Shown here piece by piece: positions 25,412 through 35,846 of a DNA stretch of 63,303 nt (positions are counted from its first letter, which is position 1; the number at the start of each line of letters is the position of its first letter). The stretch is from contig JAZSIP010000039.1 in NCBI GenBank assembly GCA_045533915.1, positions 1-63,303 of the forward strand, read 5' to 3'. A program made the translations under genes and the position numbers. Origin of the DNA: Eubacteriales bacterium (GTDB taxonomy: Bacteria > Bacillota > Clostridia > Oscillospirales > CAG-272). The notes under the pieces are model-generated. The model saw only the letters and a program-made list of their open reading frames with translations. It was not told the origin of the DNA and ran no database searches.

Positions 25412-27259
25412 TTAAAGCTTCATCAACATATTAAAGCTGTCTTGCATAAAGCTTTGCATCTCCTCAGCGGAGAATTTCTTTTGAGAGAGAAGCGAGAGCT
25501 TGTAAACGTAAGATGCTATTTCCTTTGCCTTAGATTCGTCGGAAGACGCAAGCTCGCACATTTTTGCGGTGAGAGGCGAGGAAGTGTTCAAAATGAGTGT
25601 GCTTTCAACTGGGAAATCTCCACCCATATTATAAAGGCGCATCATTTCTTCCATACGGCGAGACTGCTCTGAAACATTGAGGACTGCGGGGATAGACGTA
25701 TCCTTAAGCGCATCGAACTTCAATGACGTGCGTTCGCCGAGTATCTCGGAGAATATTTTTTTCAGATCTTCGTTTTCGCTTATATCCCCGTCATTTTTGA
25801 GAATATCGCCGATCTCGGCGTCAACACGCAAGAATTTTACGTTTTCCATATATTGCTCAAGCATAGTCGCAAACTGCGTGTCAATGGGGCGTTCGAACAG
25901 AGCTATCTTTATTCCTTCGGAGTCGAACATTGAAATGTACTGAGCCTGAAGCGCGCGGTCGGTTGCATAATATACAGTGTTTTCGTGCTTTTCCTTTGCG
26001 TCATCAAGATATTCCGCATAGGTCTTTTTCGTACCGTCGGTCATCGGGATAAGAAGCGCGGAGCGAACTCTGTCATAAAATTTCTTATCCTTCATACATG
26101 CGTATTCAACAAATGGAGCGATATCGTCCCAGATCTTTTCGTAATTTTCTCTGTCGGTGTTGCAAAGAGAGCAGAGCTTGTCGGCGACCTTCTTTACGAT
26201 ATGAGCAGAGACCTTTGAAACGTATGTGTTTGTCTGCAAATAGCTTCTCGAAACGTTCAAAGGAAGCTCGTGGCAGTCAAGTACACCCTTGAGCATAAGC
26301 AGATATTCGGGTATGACCTCCTTTATATTGTCGGCAACGTATACCTGATTATAATAGAGCTTTACCTGACCTTCAATGCTCTCATACTCGTTTGCAAGTT
26401 TGGGGAAGTAAAGGATACCCTTGAAGTTGAGCGGATAGTCCGCATTTATATGGATATGGAATAGGGGCTCACGGAAGTCCGAGAAAACCTTTGCGTAAAA
26501 ATCCTTGTATTCTTCGGCAGTGCATTCCGAAGGATTCTTAAGCCAAAGGGGGCGAACGTCGTTGATGGGAGAGGGGTCTTTTTTCTCCTCTCCTTCCTTG
26601 ATTTCCTGCTCAGAACCGTCATTGAAGTATATCTCAACGGGCATAAACGAGCAGTATTTTTCAAGCATTGAACGTATTTTAGATGCAGAGAGATATTCTC
26701 GTTCGGCATCGGATATGTGCATAACTACCGCTGTTCCGTGTTCTTCTTTTTCACAGAAAGACGTTTCATATTCTCCACTTTCATCGCATATCCAATGTAC
26801 CGCGGGAGCATCTGTATAGGATCTCGTTATTACTTCAACGCGGTCGCTGACCATAAACGCTGAGTAAAATCCAAGACCGAAATGACCGATAATACCGTTC
26901 TTTGAGCCGTCTGTTTCGTTTTCGTATTTTTGAATAAAATCGACTGCGCCCGAAAGAGCGATACTGCAAATGTATTTAGTAAGTTCCTCCTCGGTCATAC
27001 CGATACCGTTGTCTTCGACGGTAAGTGTTTCCGCATCCTTGTCTAACGTAACGGTGATCTTGTAGGTCTCGCCCTTGCCCTCTCTCATTCCGAGCGACTC
27101 AAGGCGTTTTAGCTTTGTAATTGCGTCAGATGCGTTAGAAACTATCTCGCGCAGAAAAATATCCTTTTCGGAATAGAGCCATTTTTTAATGATAGGGAAT
27201 ATATGCTCAGTATCTACCGAGATACCGCCCTTTTTGATATCGTTGTTTTCGGTGGTCAT
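25412..27259 (-). CDS. htpG: Molecular chaperone HtpG (Hsp90)
   Basis: It has IFLREIVSNASDA and a GHKL ATPase N-terminus. It is 615 aa long. Confidence 0.9.
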   Translation of the reverse strand: MTTENNDIKKGGISVDTEHIFPIIKKWLYSEKDIFLREIVSNASDAITKLKRLESLGMREGKGETYKITVTLDKDAETLTVEDNGIGMTEEELTKYICSIALSGAVDFIQKYENETDGSKNGIIGHFGLGFYSAFMVSDRVEVITRSYTDAPAVHWICDESGEYETSFCEKEEHGTAVVMHISDAEREYLSASKIRSMLEKYCSFMPVEIYFNDGSEQEIKEGEEKKDPSPINDVRPLWLKNPSECTAEEYKDFYAKVFSDFREPLFHIHINADYPLNFKGILYFPKLANEYESIEGQVKLYYNQVYVADNIKEVIPEYLLMLKGVLDCHELPLNVSRSYLQTNTYVSKVSAHIVKKVADKLCSLCNTDRENYEKIWDDIAPFVEYACMKDKKFYDRVRSALLIPMTDGTKKTYAEYLDDAKEKHENTVYYATDRALQAQYISMFDSEGIKIALFERPIDTQFATMLEQYMENVKFLRVDAEIGDILKNDGDISENEDLKKIFSEILGERTSLKFDALKDTSIPAVLNVSEQSRRMEEMMRLYNMGGDFPVESTLILNTSSPLTAKMCELASSDESKAKEIASYVYKLSLLSQKKFSAEEMQSFMQDSFNMLMKL

Positions 27260-28653
27260 TGCTGTTTGTTTTCTTCCTTTTCGTTAATATTATTTTCAGT
27301 TTCCAGAGCTTCTGTGTTTTCTAACGAAGCATTGTTATTTTCTGAAACTTCTTCTGTTGAGTTTTTCTTTTTGAATATATCTTTTATTTTTAAAATTATT
27401 TTTAAGATCTTTTTGAAAATTTCCGTAGATTTTCTGAATAGCTTTTGAGAAACAGTCTCGTGTATTTCGTGAGGGTCAACAAGGGAATCGTCCGCGTAAT
27501 ATTCGGCAGTGTCGGTCGGCATATCAGCCATACGCAGACGGTGATCGATAAATTCTTTTCCGATAGCTATACCCGCGGCAAATATCGGAACACCTATGAT
27601 CATTCCCACTATACCGAAATAATCTCCCATTACGGTGATAGCTATAATAACGCCTAGCGAACTGATGTTCGTAGAGTTTCCAAGCACCTTCGGAGCAATA
27701 ATGTTTCCGTCTATTTGCTGTATAACAAGGATAAGGATAGCGAAAATAAGTGCTTTTGTCGGGTTTTGAATAAATACGATTATGAACGAGGGGATAGCAC
27801 CGATGAAAGGACCGAATATAGGGATAATATTCGTTGTTCCTATAATTACCGCGATAAGAGGCGCATAGGGAATATTGAATATTAAAAAACAAATAAATGA
27901 TACGACCATAATGATCAAAGCATCAACGAGAACGCCCGAGAAATATCCGCCGAAATTTCTATGAACGATACGGATATATCTGTATAGACGTTTTCTGCCC
28001 TTTATTCCAAAGATCGCCGCACTAAGTTTGCGTCCTTGTGCGAAAAGACGTTCCTTGGAAATAAGCATATAAAGAGATATGAAGAAAGCGAGGAAAGTGT
28101 TTTTTAAGCCTACGCCGATGCCTGTAATAATATTCATAGCATCATCGTTTGAAGGCATAAAGGTGTTTATTGCTTTCAGCAAAAGATTTTTTAACTTTTC
28201 CCCGTCAAGCAGGGTATTGTGTTCGGGATTATCTGTGAACTTAACGATTATTCCGTTCAAGAGCTGAGCCGTTGTTTCGAGATGCTCATCTACATTTGCT
28301 ACGAGCGTTGAAACGCTGTCTATAAGAGAGGGTATGAGTATAGCTGCAAAAGCGGCAAGGATAAGCAGGAGAGTTACGTAAGTCATAAGGATCGAGACTC
28401 CACGCAAGACACCTGTGTTTTTTATCTTTTTGAAAACCTTGAATTCATAAAATTTCAGTATAGGATTCAAAAAATAAGCAAGAGCCGCACCGAGTAATAT
28501 AGGTAAAAGTACGGAGAAAACGGCAGAAAATACACCGCTTACGTTTGAACTGTTAACGATAACGAAAACAGAAATGAATATAATGGCGCAAATAAGTATT
28601 CGTGTAATGAGTTTTTTTGAAGCTTGATTGTCATTGTTTGTCATCGTTTTCAT
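27256..28653 (-). CDS. AI-2E family transporter (PerM/UPF0118)
   Basis: A polytopic protein with a conserved IPIFGPFIGAIPSF segment. Its stop overlaps the htpG start (ATGA). Confidence 0.8.
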   Translation of the reverse strand: MKTMTNNDNQASKKLITRILICAIIFISVFVIVNSSNVSGVFSAVFSVLLPILLGAALAYFLNPILKFYEFKVFKKIKNTGVLRGVSILMTYVTLLLILAAFAAILIPSLIDSVSTLVANVDEHLETTAQLLNGIIVKFTDNPEHNTLLDGEKLKNLLLKAINTFMPSNDDAMNIITGIGVGLKNTFLAFFISLYMLISKERLFAQGRKLSAAIFGIKGRKRLYRYIRIVHRNFGGYFSGVLVDALIIMVVSFICFLIFNIPYAPLIAVIIGTTNIIPIFGPFIGAIPSFIIVFIQNPTKALIFAILILVIQQIDGNIIAPKVLGNSTNISSLGVIIAITVMGDYFGIVGMIIGVPIFAAGIAIGKEFIDHRLRMADMPTDTAEYYADDSLVDPHEIHETVSQKLFRKSTEIFKKILKIILKIKDIFKKKNSTEEVSENNNASLENTEALETENNINEKEENKQQ

Positions 28654-29968
28654 TTACCTCCGTTTCTTTGGATTCGTTGTCTTTGTCACTTAAGCCTTTT
28701 TTGCTTTTATTAATAAATGGCTTAGACAGTATTTTTAATAGAGCGCGTGCGCTTTTGAATATTCTTTGAGAGAAGCTTTCGTGTGCTTCATGTGGATCAA
28801 CCAAAGAATCGCTTGCATAATATTCGGCGATATCTGTCGGAAGATCTGTCTTTTTCAAACGTGCGTTTATAAGGTCTTTTATTATAGCTATCAGCGTAGC
28901 AAAAACAGGTACGGATACGATCATTCCGATCACTCCGAACTGTCCGCCAATAATGATCGCTACAATGACTGAGATGGAACTTATACCCGTAGTTTCTCCA
29001 AGCATTTTAGGACCTATTACGTTTCCGTCTATGATCTGAATTATAAGTATCAGAATTACAAAAGTCAGTGCTTTGGACGGATCAGCTATAAAAATAATCG
29101 CAAATGACGGTATAGCACCCAAAAAAGGACCGAAAATGGGGATAATATTCGCAGCTCCCACTATTACCGAAACGAGAGGTGCGTAGGGAATACGGAACAG
29201 TGAAAAAACTATAAGGCAGATAAAGAGGATTATAAGCGCATCTATAGATTTTCCAACAAAGAAATTTCCAAAGGTTCTGTGAGCGGTCCTAAGATATTTG
29301 CGGAATCTTTTGCGCTTGTCCGATTGTAAAAGCGAGGCGGATAACTTGCGCGACTGCGCTTTAAGGCGCTCCTTTGAAATAAGGATGTAGATCGAAATAA
29401 ACAAACCTAAAAAGATATTTTTCAGTCCCGAAATAAGTTGCGGACCGTATTTTGTTACGTAGGACATTACAGTATTGAAAACGTCTCCTGAGAAAGAGAA
29501 AAATTTCATTACCGTATTCGATATCTGCTCGGTGCTTATAAATTCCGAAAACTCACCGTTCTTTGTGAATTTAACAATAATGGAATTTACGTATTGAGCG
29601 GTAGAGATAAGATATGAGTCCATTTTGTTTGCAAGATCGGTTATGCTGTTTATAAGCGCAGGTATTATCAAAAAACCGAACGCAACGATTAAAAGGATCG
29701 CGACGACATAGGTAAGTACAAGAGAAAGTCCGCGCAAAACGTTTTTGTTTTTGATCTTTTTGAGTATTTTAAATTCAAAAAGCTTCAGGATCGGATTGAG
29801 CATATAGGCGAAAGCAGCTCCGATGATTATAGGAGCTACAACCGATAAAAAAGATGAGAGAAACGCGTTTATTGCGGATATATTTATAAGCAAATAAAAA
29901 ATGACGAAAAAAACCGCGCAGGCGGCTGCGATAGAAAGTATGCCTTTTTTGCCTTCCTTGTTGAACAT
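28631..29968 (-). CDS. AI-2E family transporter (tandem paralog)
   Basis: It has the same architecture as the neighbouring gene and shares IPIFGPFLGAIPSF and the C-terminal AEYYASDSLVDPHEAHE motif. Confidence 0.8.
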   Translation of the reverse strand: MFNKEGKKGILSIAAACAVFFVIFYLLINISAINAFLSSFLSVVAPIIIGAAFAYMLNPILKLFEFKILKKIKNKNVLRGLSLVLTYVVAILLIVAFGFLIIPALINSITDLANKMDSYLISTAQYVNSIIVKFTKNGEFSEFISTEQISNTVMKFFSFSGDVFNTVMSYVTKYGPQLISGLKNIFLGLFISIYILISKERLKAQSRKLSASLLQSDKRKRFRKYLRTAHRTFGNFFVGKSIDALIILFICLIVFSLFRIPYAPLVSVIVGAANIIPIFGPFLGAIPSFAIIFIADPSKALTFVILILIIQIIDGNVIGPKMLGETTGISSISVIVAIIIGGQFGVIGMIVSVPVFATLIAIIKDLINARLKKTDLPTDIAEYYASDSLVDPHEAHESFSQRIFKSARALLKILSKPFINKSKKGLSDKDNESKETEVNENDDKQ

Positions 29969-30183
29969 ATCAAGTCTCTTTTCGGTGCTGAACGAATTTT
30001 ATTTATACTTTGCCACGATAACAAAAATAAATACTTATTACATTATATAACCTTTTCTTGAATCGGTCAAGTAAATAACATAAAATTTACACTTTACAAA
30101 TAAAATATCGCATATTTTCCTTGAAAAAAATCAAAATTTATGGTATTCTTAAAAAGCAGTATAAAGCGCGTAAGGAGAAACGT

Positions 30184-31059
30184 ATGAAAACAGTAACTAA
30201 AAAAGGCTATGCAAAAATAAATCTTCATATGGACATTACAGGCAGAACGAGTGACGGATATCATACGGTTCAGACGGTTATGCAGAGCATCTCGCTGTAT
30301 GATGAGATAACGCTTTCTTTGCGTGAGGACGAAGCTTTTTCATTGACCTGTAACGTAAACGGTGTTCCAACAGATGAAAAAAATCTTGCCATAAAAGCAA
30401 TTCTTGCTTTTCGTGAAAAAACGGGTGTAAGATACGGAGCGGATATCGTAATAAAAAAGCGGATACCTATGGCAGCGGGAATGGCAGGCGGAAGCGCTGA
30501 TGCCGCGGCAACTCTCAGTGCCTTTAATGAGCTTTGCGGAGATCTTTTGTCTGCAGAAGAGCTTTGTGATATAGGCGCGAAGTTAGGTGCGGATGTTCCT
30601 TTTTGCATCGTAGGAGGAACTGCGTATGCCGACGGTAAGGGTGACGTGCTTCATGATTTTAAGAAAATGCCCGATTGTTATATCCTTGCCGCTTGCGGAG
30701 GAGAGGGTGTCTCTACACCGCTTGCATACGGAACTCTTGACAGTATGTACGGCGGATTTTATGAAGACAGCATTTATAAAAGCCGAGGAACAGAGGACCT
30801 CTCAAAAGCAATGGATAGCGGAGAGCTATCCTTGATCGCAAGATCTATGTATAATATTTTCGAAGAGCCTATACTTGCGCTTCGGCCGATAGCAAAGGAA
30901 ATACGAGAAACTATTAAAAAGGGAGGGGCACTCGGCGTTATGATGAGCGGAAGCGGACCTTCTGTGTTCGGGATATTTGCGGATAAAGTGTCCGCTGAGC
31001 AAACGGCACAAACGATCCGCCAAAAAGGATATTTTGCCGAGGTCTGCAGACCTGTATAA
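30184..31059 (+). CDS. ispE: 4-diphosphocytidyl-2-C-methyl-D-erythritol kinase
   Basis: It has AKINLHMDITGRTSDGYHTV and GHMP kinase motifs (PMAAGMAGGSADAAA). The start was set to ATG 30184 after the RBS AAGGAGA. Confidence 0.85.
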   Translation: MKTVTKKGYAKINLHMDITGRTSDGYHTVQTVMQSISLYDEITLSLREDEAFSLTCNVNGVPTDEKNLAIKAILAFREKTGVRYGADIVIKKRIPMAAGMAGGSADAAATLSAFNELCGDLLSAEELCDIGAKLGADVPFCIVGGTAYADGKGDVLHDFKKMPDCYILAACGGEGVSTPLAYGTLDSMYGGFYEDSIYKSRGTEDLSKAMDSGELSLIARSMYNIFEEPILALRPIAKEIRETIKKGGALGVMMSGSGPSVFGIFADKVSAEQTAQTIRQKGYFAEVCRPV

Positions 31060-31081
31060 TAAAAGAGGACACGGAGGACGC

Positions 31082-31146
31082 GTTCGAGAACTTTCTTTTT
31101 AAGAAAGTTCTCGAACTATCAAAGAACTTCTTAAAAGAAGTTTTTA
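31082..31146. repeat. Two tandem related palindromes (terminator/REP-like)
   Basis: There is a perfect 16-bp hairpin GTTCGAGAACTTTCTT/AAGAAAGTTCTCGAAC (31082-31116). A second one, AACTTCTT/AAGAAGTT plus a T-run (31125-31146), follows. The two cores are related. Confidence 0.7.
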
Positions 31147-31327
31147 TATTATCCCATTTTGTTTTTGTGTTGATTGAATAAGACGGACAAATTTATTGTA
31201 ACAAGCAGGTATTTATAAATACCGCTTTTTTGTTTTCTTTTTGGTTACTTTCCCTTTTTTAAAAGAAAAAGTAATCCGCATTCTTGTAAAAAAGGCGAAA
31301 AAAGTCAAAGAAAAGAGGATAATAATC

Positions 31328-31356
31328 GTTGACAAAACGGCGTGTTCGTTGTATAA
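31328..31356 (+). promoter_or_regulatory. Consensus sigma-A promoter for the transglutaminase/dlt-like operon
   Basis: TTGACA (31328-31333), a 17-nt spacer, then TATAAT (31351-31356). Confidence 0.65.
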
Positions 31357-31450
31357 TAAAATGTGTATACTTTTTTGCCGACGAAAGCTATTTATAGGCT
31401 CGGACAGGCAGTAAAAAATAACTAAAATATATAAACGGAGGCATATAGCC

Positions 31451-32428
31451 GTGTCATATAGATCGGAACTTGAAAATTACGCAGAAGAAATGTCAAAACG
31501 CAAAAAAACGGTAATGACCGTCATAAAAGTCATATCCGTCTTACTCGCGGTCGCACTTCTTGCAACCGCGACTTTGGTCGTTGTGGATATAGTAAATGAT
31601 AACCAAGTGTCGTCAAAGGACGATGAAACGAATATTTCGATTATAAAAACCACTATGGGAAACAAGATCACATTAAAGCAACACACAACACCGCAGTATT
31701 ATAGCTACGTTACTGTTGACGAAAAATATACAGGATATGAGCTTGATGTGACTCCAAACGGTACTACGGATAATGTTGGAACATATACGGTCGTATATAA
31801 GGTTAAGGATGAAAACGGAAAAACACTCGATACGCTCAAAATAACTGTAGTTGTTGAAGCATATGATGAAGCATGGGAAGAACTTGAACCGCTTATAATT
31901 GCTAAAAGTAATGTGCTTGGCATTACTAAAGATATGAGCAAAGCGGATATAGTAAAAAAGGTATATGCTTTTGTAAATGGCGGTATTCCTTATGAACAAA
32001 CTTCGGCATCGCATACAGGGAACGACCGTTCAAAATGGCAAGATAATTGGGTTCAAGAGGCACTTCTCACTATAAAAACTATGAAAGGCGATTGTTATTC
32101 AAATTATTCTCTCTCAAAAGCGTTCTTTGAGTATTACGGTATCGAAAATGAAGGTATTATGAGAGATGAAAATGACGGAGGACTTCCAGGCACTCATTTT
32201 TGGAGCATGGTTAACATAGGCACTGAACAGAATCCCGTCTGGTATTATTATGATTCTACCGAGCTTGCGGGAACTTTTTCCGATGGAACAAGAAACGCAT
32301 GCTTAATTACTTTGGATAAGCTTTGGAGTTATCATTCAAGACAAATTGAAGAAGGAAAAGCTCACTTAACATTCTATGCGTTTGATCCTTCAAAATACCC
32401 CACCGCCGAAACCACACCTTTGAGTTGA
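31451..32428 (+). CDS. Membrane-anchored transglutaminase-like (papain-fold) domain protein
   Basis: It has a GTG start and an N-terminal TM helix. A Cys/His/Asp arrangement is visible (GDCYSNY ... THFWSMV ... YYYDST). Confidence 0.65.
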   Translation: MSYRSELENYAEEMSKRKKTVMTVIKVISVLLAVALLATATLVVVDIVNDNQVSSKDDETNISIIKTTMGNKITLKQHTTPQYYSYVTVDEKYTGYELDVTPNGTTDNVGTYTVVYKVKDENGKTLDTLKITVVVEAYDEAWEELEPLIIAKSNVLGITKDMSKADIVKKVYAFVNGGIPYEQTSASHTGNDRSKWQDNWVQEALLTIKTMKGDCYSNYSLSKAFFEYYGIENEGIMRDENDGGLPGTHFWSMVNIGTEQNPVWYYYDSTELAGTFSDGTRNACLITLDKLWSYHSRQIEEGKAHLTFYAFDPSKYPTAETTPLS

Positions 32429-33942
32429 CCGCTATGCAGAAGAATATACTTGAATACTTAGAAAAAACCGCGTCTCGTGTTCCCGATAAGCTTGCCTTTT
32501 CAACGGGTAAAGAGGGAATGACTTTTTCCGAGGTCAGCCGCGGCGCGAGAGCTATCGGAACGTATCTTGCCCAGAACGGGTTTGGCGGAGAGCCGATAGT
32601 AATATTTATGGACAAGCATCCCCGCACAGTTACGGCTTTTTGGGGTGTTATATACGCAGGCTGTTTTTACGTTTGCATTGACGAAAAAATGCCTGTTACA
32701 AGAATAGAGGCAATATTCAAAAGCCTTTCGCCGAGAGCGATCATTTGCGACAAAAAGAACGAAAAGACCGCAAAAACTCTCGGTGTAGAAAATGTTTGGC
32801 TTTACGACGATATAGCGGAAACGGAAGAGAATACGGCGCTTCTTGACGAAATTCGCGCACATCAGTGCGATACCGACCCGATATATGTCGTATTTACCTC
32901 GGGCTCTACGGGAGTTCCGAAGGGAGTCGTCGCTTGTCACCGTTCGGTCATAGATTATACCGAGACGTTGTCGGAAGCGCTCGAATTTTCGGAGGATACG
33001 GTCTTTGCAAATCAAACTCCGCTTTATTTCGACGCGCCCCTAAAAGAGCTTATGCCTACGCTAAAATTCGGCGCGACGACGTACTTCGTTCCGAAAATGC
33101 TTTTTTCGTTCCCCGTAAGACTGCTCGATTATCTTGACGAAAATAAAATAAATACTGTTTGTTGGGTCGTTTCAGCATTTGTTCAGATATCGTCACTCGG
33201 CGCGCTTGAGAACAGAACGCCCAAGACCTTGACGAAGATAGCGTTCGGAAGCGAGGTGTTCCCGCGTAAGCAATACGATATCTGGAGAAAAGCTCTGCCC
33301 AATGCCAAATTCTTCAATCTTTACGGACCGACCGAGGCAACGGGTATGTCTTGCTATTGGAGAGCGGACAGGGAGCTTTGCGAGAGCGAACCGATACCTG
33401 TCGGCAGACCCTTTGACAATACCGATATCATTCTTCTTAACGATAAAGACGAAAGAGCGGATATCGGTGAGCAGGGTGAGATATGCATACGCGGTACTTG
33501 TCTAACGCTCGGATATTATAATAATCCCGAAAAGACCGCGGAGGTCTTTGTTCAGAATCCGCTTAATAAGTTCTATCCCGAGCGTATTTACAGAACGGGA
33601 GATATCGGACGTATAAACGAATACGGTGAGCTTGTGTTTGTCAGCCGTAAGGATTCTCAGATAAAGCATATGGGACACCGTATCGAGCTTGGCGAGATAG
33701 ATTCCGCCGCACAAAAGTGCGATAGCGTAAAAAGGACGTGTTGTGTTTATGATGCCGATGTGAAGCGTATCGTTTTGTTCTATGTCGGAGATATCGCCGA
33801 GAGTGAGCTCTCAATGTTTCTTGCAACCTATTTGCCCCGTTATATGATGCCCGCATTCTGTATAAAGCTCGACGTTATGCCGCTTACCGATAACGGAAAG
33901 ACCGACCGTCGAACACTTAAGGAAAAAGCCGCATCACTGTAA
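32425..33942 (+). CDS. DltA-like carrier-protein ligase (adenylation domain, ANL superfamily)
   Basis: It has FTSGSTGVPKG, YRTGDIGR, GRKDSQIKHMGHRIELGEI and a terminal NGKTDRR motif. The start is TTG 32425 or ATG 32434. Confidence 0.8.
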   Translation: MTAMQKNILEYLEKTASRVPDKLAFSTGKEGMTFSEVSRGARAIGTYLAQNGFGGEPIVIFMDKHPRTVTAFWGVIYAGCFYVCIDEKMPVTRIEAIFKSLSPRAIICDKKNEKTAKTLGVENVWLYDDIAETEENTALLDEIRAHQCDTDPIYVVFTSGSTGVPKGVVACHRSVIDYTETLSEALEFSEDTVFANQTPLYFDAPLKELMPTLKFGATTYFVPKMLFSFPVRLLDYLDENKINTVCWVVSAFVQISSLGALENRTPKTLTKIAFGSEVFPRKQYDIWRKALPNAKFFNLYGPTEATGMSCYWRADRELCESEPIPVGRPFDNTDIILLNDKDERADIGEQGEICIRGTCLTLGYYNNPEKTAEVFVQNPLNKFYPERIYRTGDIGRINEYGELVFVSRKDSQIKHMGHRIELGEIDSAAQKCDSVKRTCCVYDADVKRIVLFYVGDIAESELSMFLATYLPRYMMPAFCIKLDVMPLTDNGKTDRRTLKEKAASL

Positions 33943-33982
33943 ATAACTTTCCAAAAAATAAAAAATCAGGAGAACAACAAAA

Positions 33983-34210
33983 ATGGAACAACTTCTTAAA
34001 ATACTCTCCTCGCTTCACCCTGAAGTCGATTTTGAAAATACAGAGGATCTCGTGGACGACGGAATACTCGACTCGCTCGACATAGTTGCGATCGTTACAG
34101 AGATAGATGCCGAAATGGGCGTTTCTATTCCCGCGGAAGAGATAGTTCCCGAGAACTTCAATTCTGTACAGGCTCTTATGACTCTTATAAACCGTTTGGA
34201 CGAAGAATAA
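33983..34210 (+). CDS. Acyl/D-alanyl carrier protein (DltC-like)
   Basis: 75 aa with a phosphopantetheine attachment-like DSLD motif. Confidence 0.75.
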   Translation: MEQLLKILSSLHPEVDFENTEDLVDDGILDSLDIVAIVTEIDAEMGVSIPAEEIVPENFNSVQALMTLINRLDEE

Positions 34211-34227
34211 AATAAGGAGATAACAGA

Positions 34228-35817
34228 ATGCTGTTTACCTCCTATGGCTTCATAGCCTTTTTGGCTGTGTTTTTCCTCACTTATTATTTATTTCCGAGGA
34301 AATATCAATGGTGTCTGCTTCTTGCCGCGAGCTATATTTTTTACGCGTTTGCAGGACTTGATTCACTTGTGTTTATTCTCATAACCACTCTGTCATCGTA
34401 TACTGTGGCTCTTATAATGGGGCGTATGCGGCAAAAGGAGAACTCGTATATAGAGACACACAAGGACGAGCTTGACAAGGAAACGAAAAAAGCTTACCGA
34501 GCAAAGCAGAGAAAACGCCGTTTTCCCGTTCTTGTTGCGGGACTGTTTTTTAATTTCGGAATACTCGCGGTCATAAAATATACGGGCTTTGCGATCTCGA
34601 ATCTCAATTCGGTTATCGGAGCATTTGGAAAAGAACCGCTTGCTATCCCATCTCTGCTTTTGCCGATGGGAATATCATTTTACATATTTCAGTCGATGGG
34701 ATATCTTATCGACGTGTACAGAGCGAAAGCCGAGCCCGAGAAAAACGTGGCAAGATTCGCACTTTTCGTATCATTCTTTCCTCAACTTGTGCAAGGACCT
34801 ATCTCGCGTTTTTCGGACCTTGCGCCCCAACTCTTTGCTCCGCATAAATTCAGTGGAAAGAGTTTTACGTTCGGACTTCAAAGAATACTTTGGGGCTACT
34901 TCAAAAAGCTTGTTATTGCCGACAGAATAGTCGTACTTATGACGACGATGCTCGATGAACCTACCGAATATAAAGGAGCATACGTTCTTTTACTTATTGT
35001 CGTTTATTCTATACAGATATTCGCCGATTTTACGGGCGGCATCGATATTACTATCGGTATTGCCGAGGCTCTCGGAATACGCCTTGCGGAGAACTTCAAG
35101 CACCCGTTCTCATCAACGTCAACGAAGGAATATTGGAACCGTTGGCATATAACGATGGGAAGCTGGTTCAACGATTACGTTTTCAACTCGCTTTCTGTCT
35201 GCGGACCTATGAAAAAGTTCTCGACATTTAGCAGAAAGCGTTTCGGAAAGTCTCTCGGAATGAGAGTTCCCGTGTATATTTCAACGATAGTTACTTGGTT
35301 TTTGACGGGACTTTGGCACGGTGCGGGTTGGAATTTTATAGTCTGGGGTCTGCTCAACTGCGCGGTGATACTTGTTTCCCGTGAGTTTGAGCCGCTTTAT
35401 AAAAAATTCCGAGCTAAATTTCCAAAGCTTGTCGCAAATAGAGGATATTATTTCTTCTCGGTCGCAAGAACCTTTTTGCTTATGGGGATCATACGTTCAC
35501 TTGACTGTTACCGCGACGTAGGACTTACCTTTAGACTGTGGGGAAGTATGCTTACGACTTTTAATTACGGTAAGCTTTTAGGCGGAGGAATACTCGACCT
35601 TGGACTTAACGTCTCGGATTTTGTGATAATAGCTGTTGCCGTTGCGGCAGTCTGCGTTATCGGCGTCGTTACGCAAAAGAGGGACATAAGGGAAGCGCTT
35701 TACGAAAAGCCTGTCATAAACGTGTCCCTTGCCGCTGTGATCTTCATAGCTATAATACTTTTCGGCGCATATGGCATAAATTACGATGCAACACAGTTTA
35801 TTTATAATCAATTTTGA
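34228..35817 (+). CDS. MBOAT-family membrane O-acyltransferase (DltB/AlgI-like)
   Basis: A polytopic protein with YWNRWHITMGSWF containing the conserved MBOAT His. Confidence 0.8.
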   Translation: MLFTSYGFIAFLAVFFLTYYLFPRKYQWCLLLAASYIFYAFAGLDSLVFILITTLSSYTVALIMGRMRQKENSYIETHKDELDKETKKAYRAKQRKRRFPVLVAGLFFNFGILAVIKYTGFAISNLNSVIGAFGKEPLAIPSLLLPMGISFYIFQSMGYLIDVYRAKAEPEKNVARFALFVSFFPQLVQGPISRFSDLAPQLFAPHKFSGKSFTFGLQRILWGYFKKLVIADRIVVLMTTMLDEPTEYKGAYVLLLIVVYSIQIFADFTGGIDITIGIAEALGIRLAENFKHPFSSTSTKEYWNRWHITMGSWFNDYVFNSLSVCGPMKKFSTFSRKRFGKSLGMRVPVYISTIVTWFLTGLWHGAGWNFIVWGLLNCAVILVSREFEPLYKKFRAKFPKLVANRGYYFFSVARTFLLMGIIRSLDCYRDVGLTFRLWGSMLTTFNYGKLLGGGILDLGLNVSDFVIIAVAVAAVCVIGVVTQKRDIREALYEKPVINVSLAAVIFIAIILFGAYGINYDATQFIYNQF

Positions 35818-35846
35818 TAATAATAAAAATATTAGTTGGATATTAA

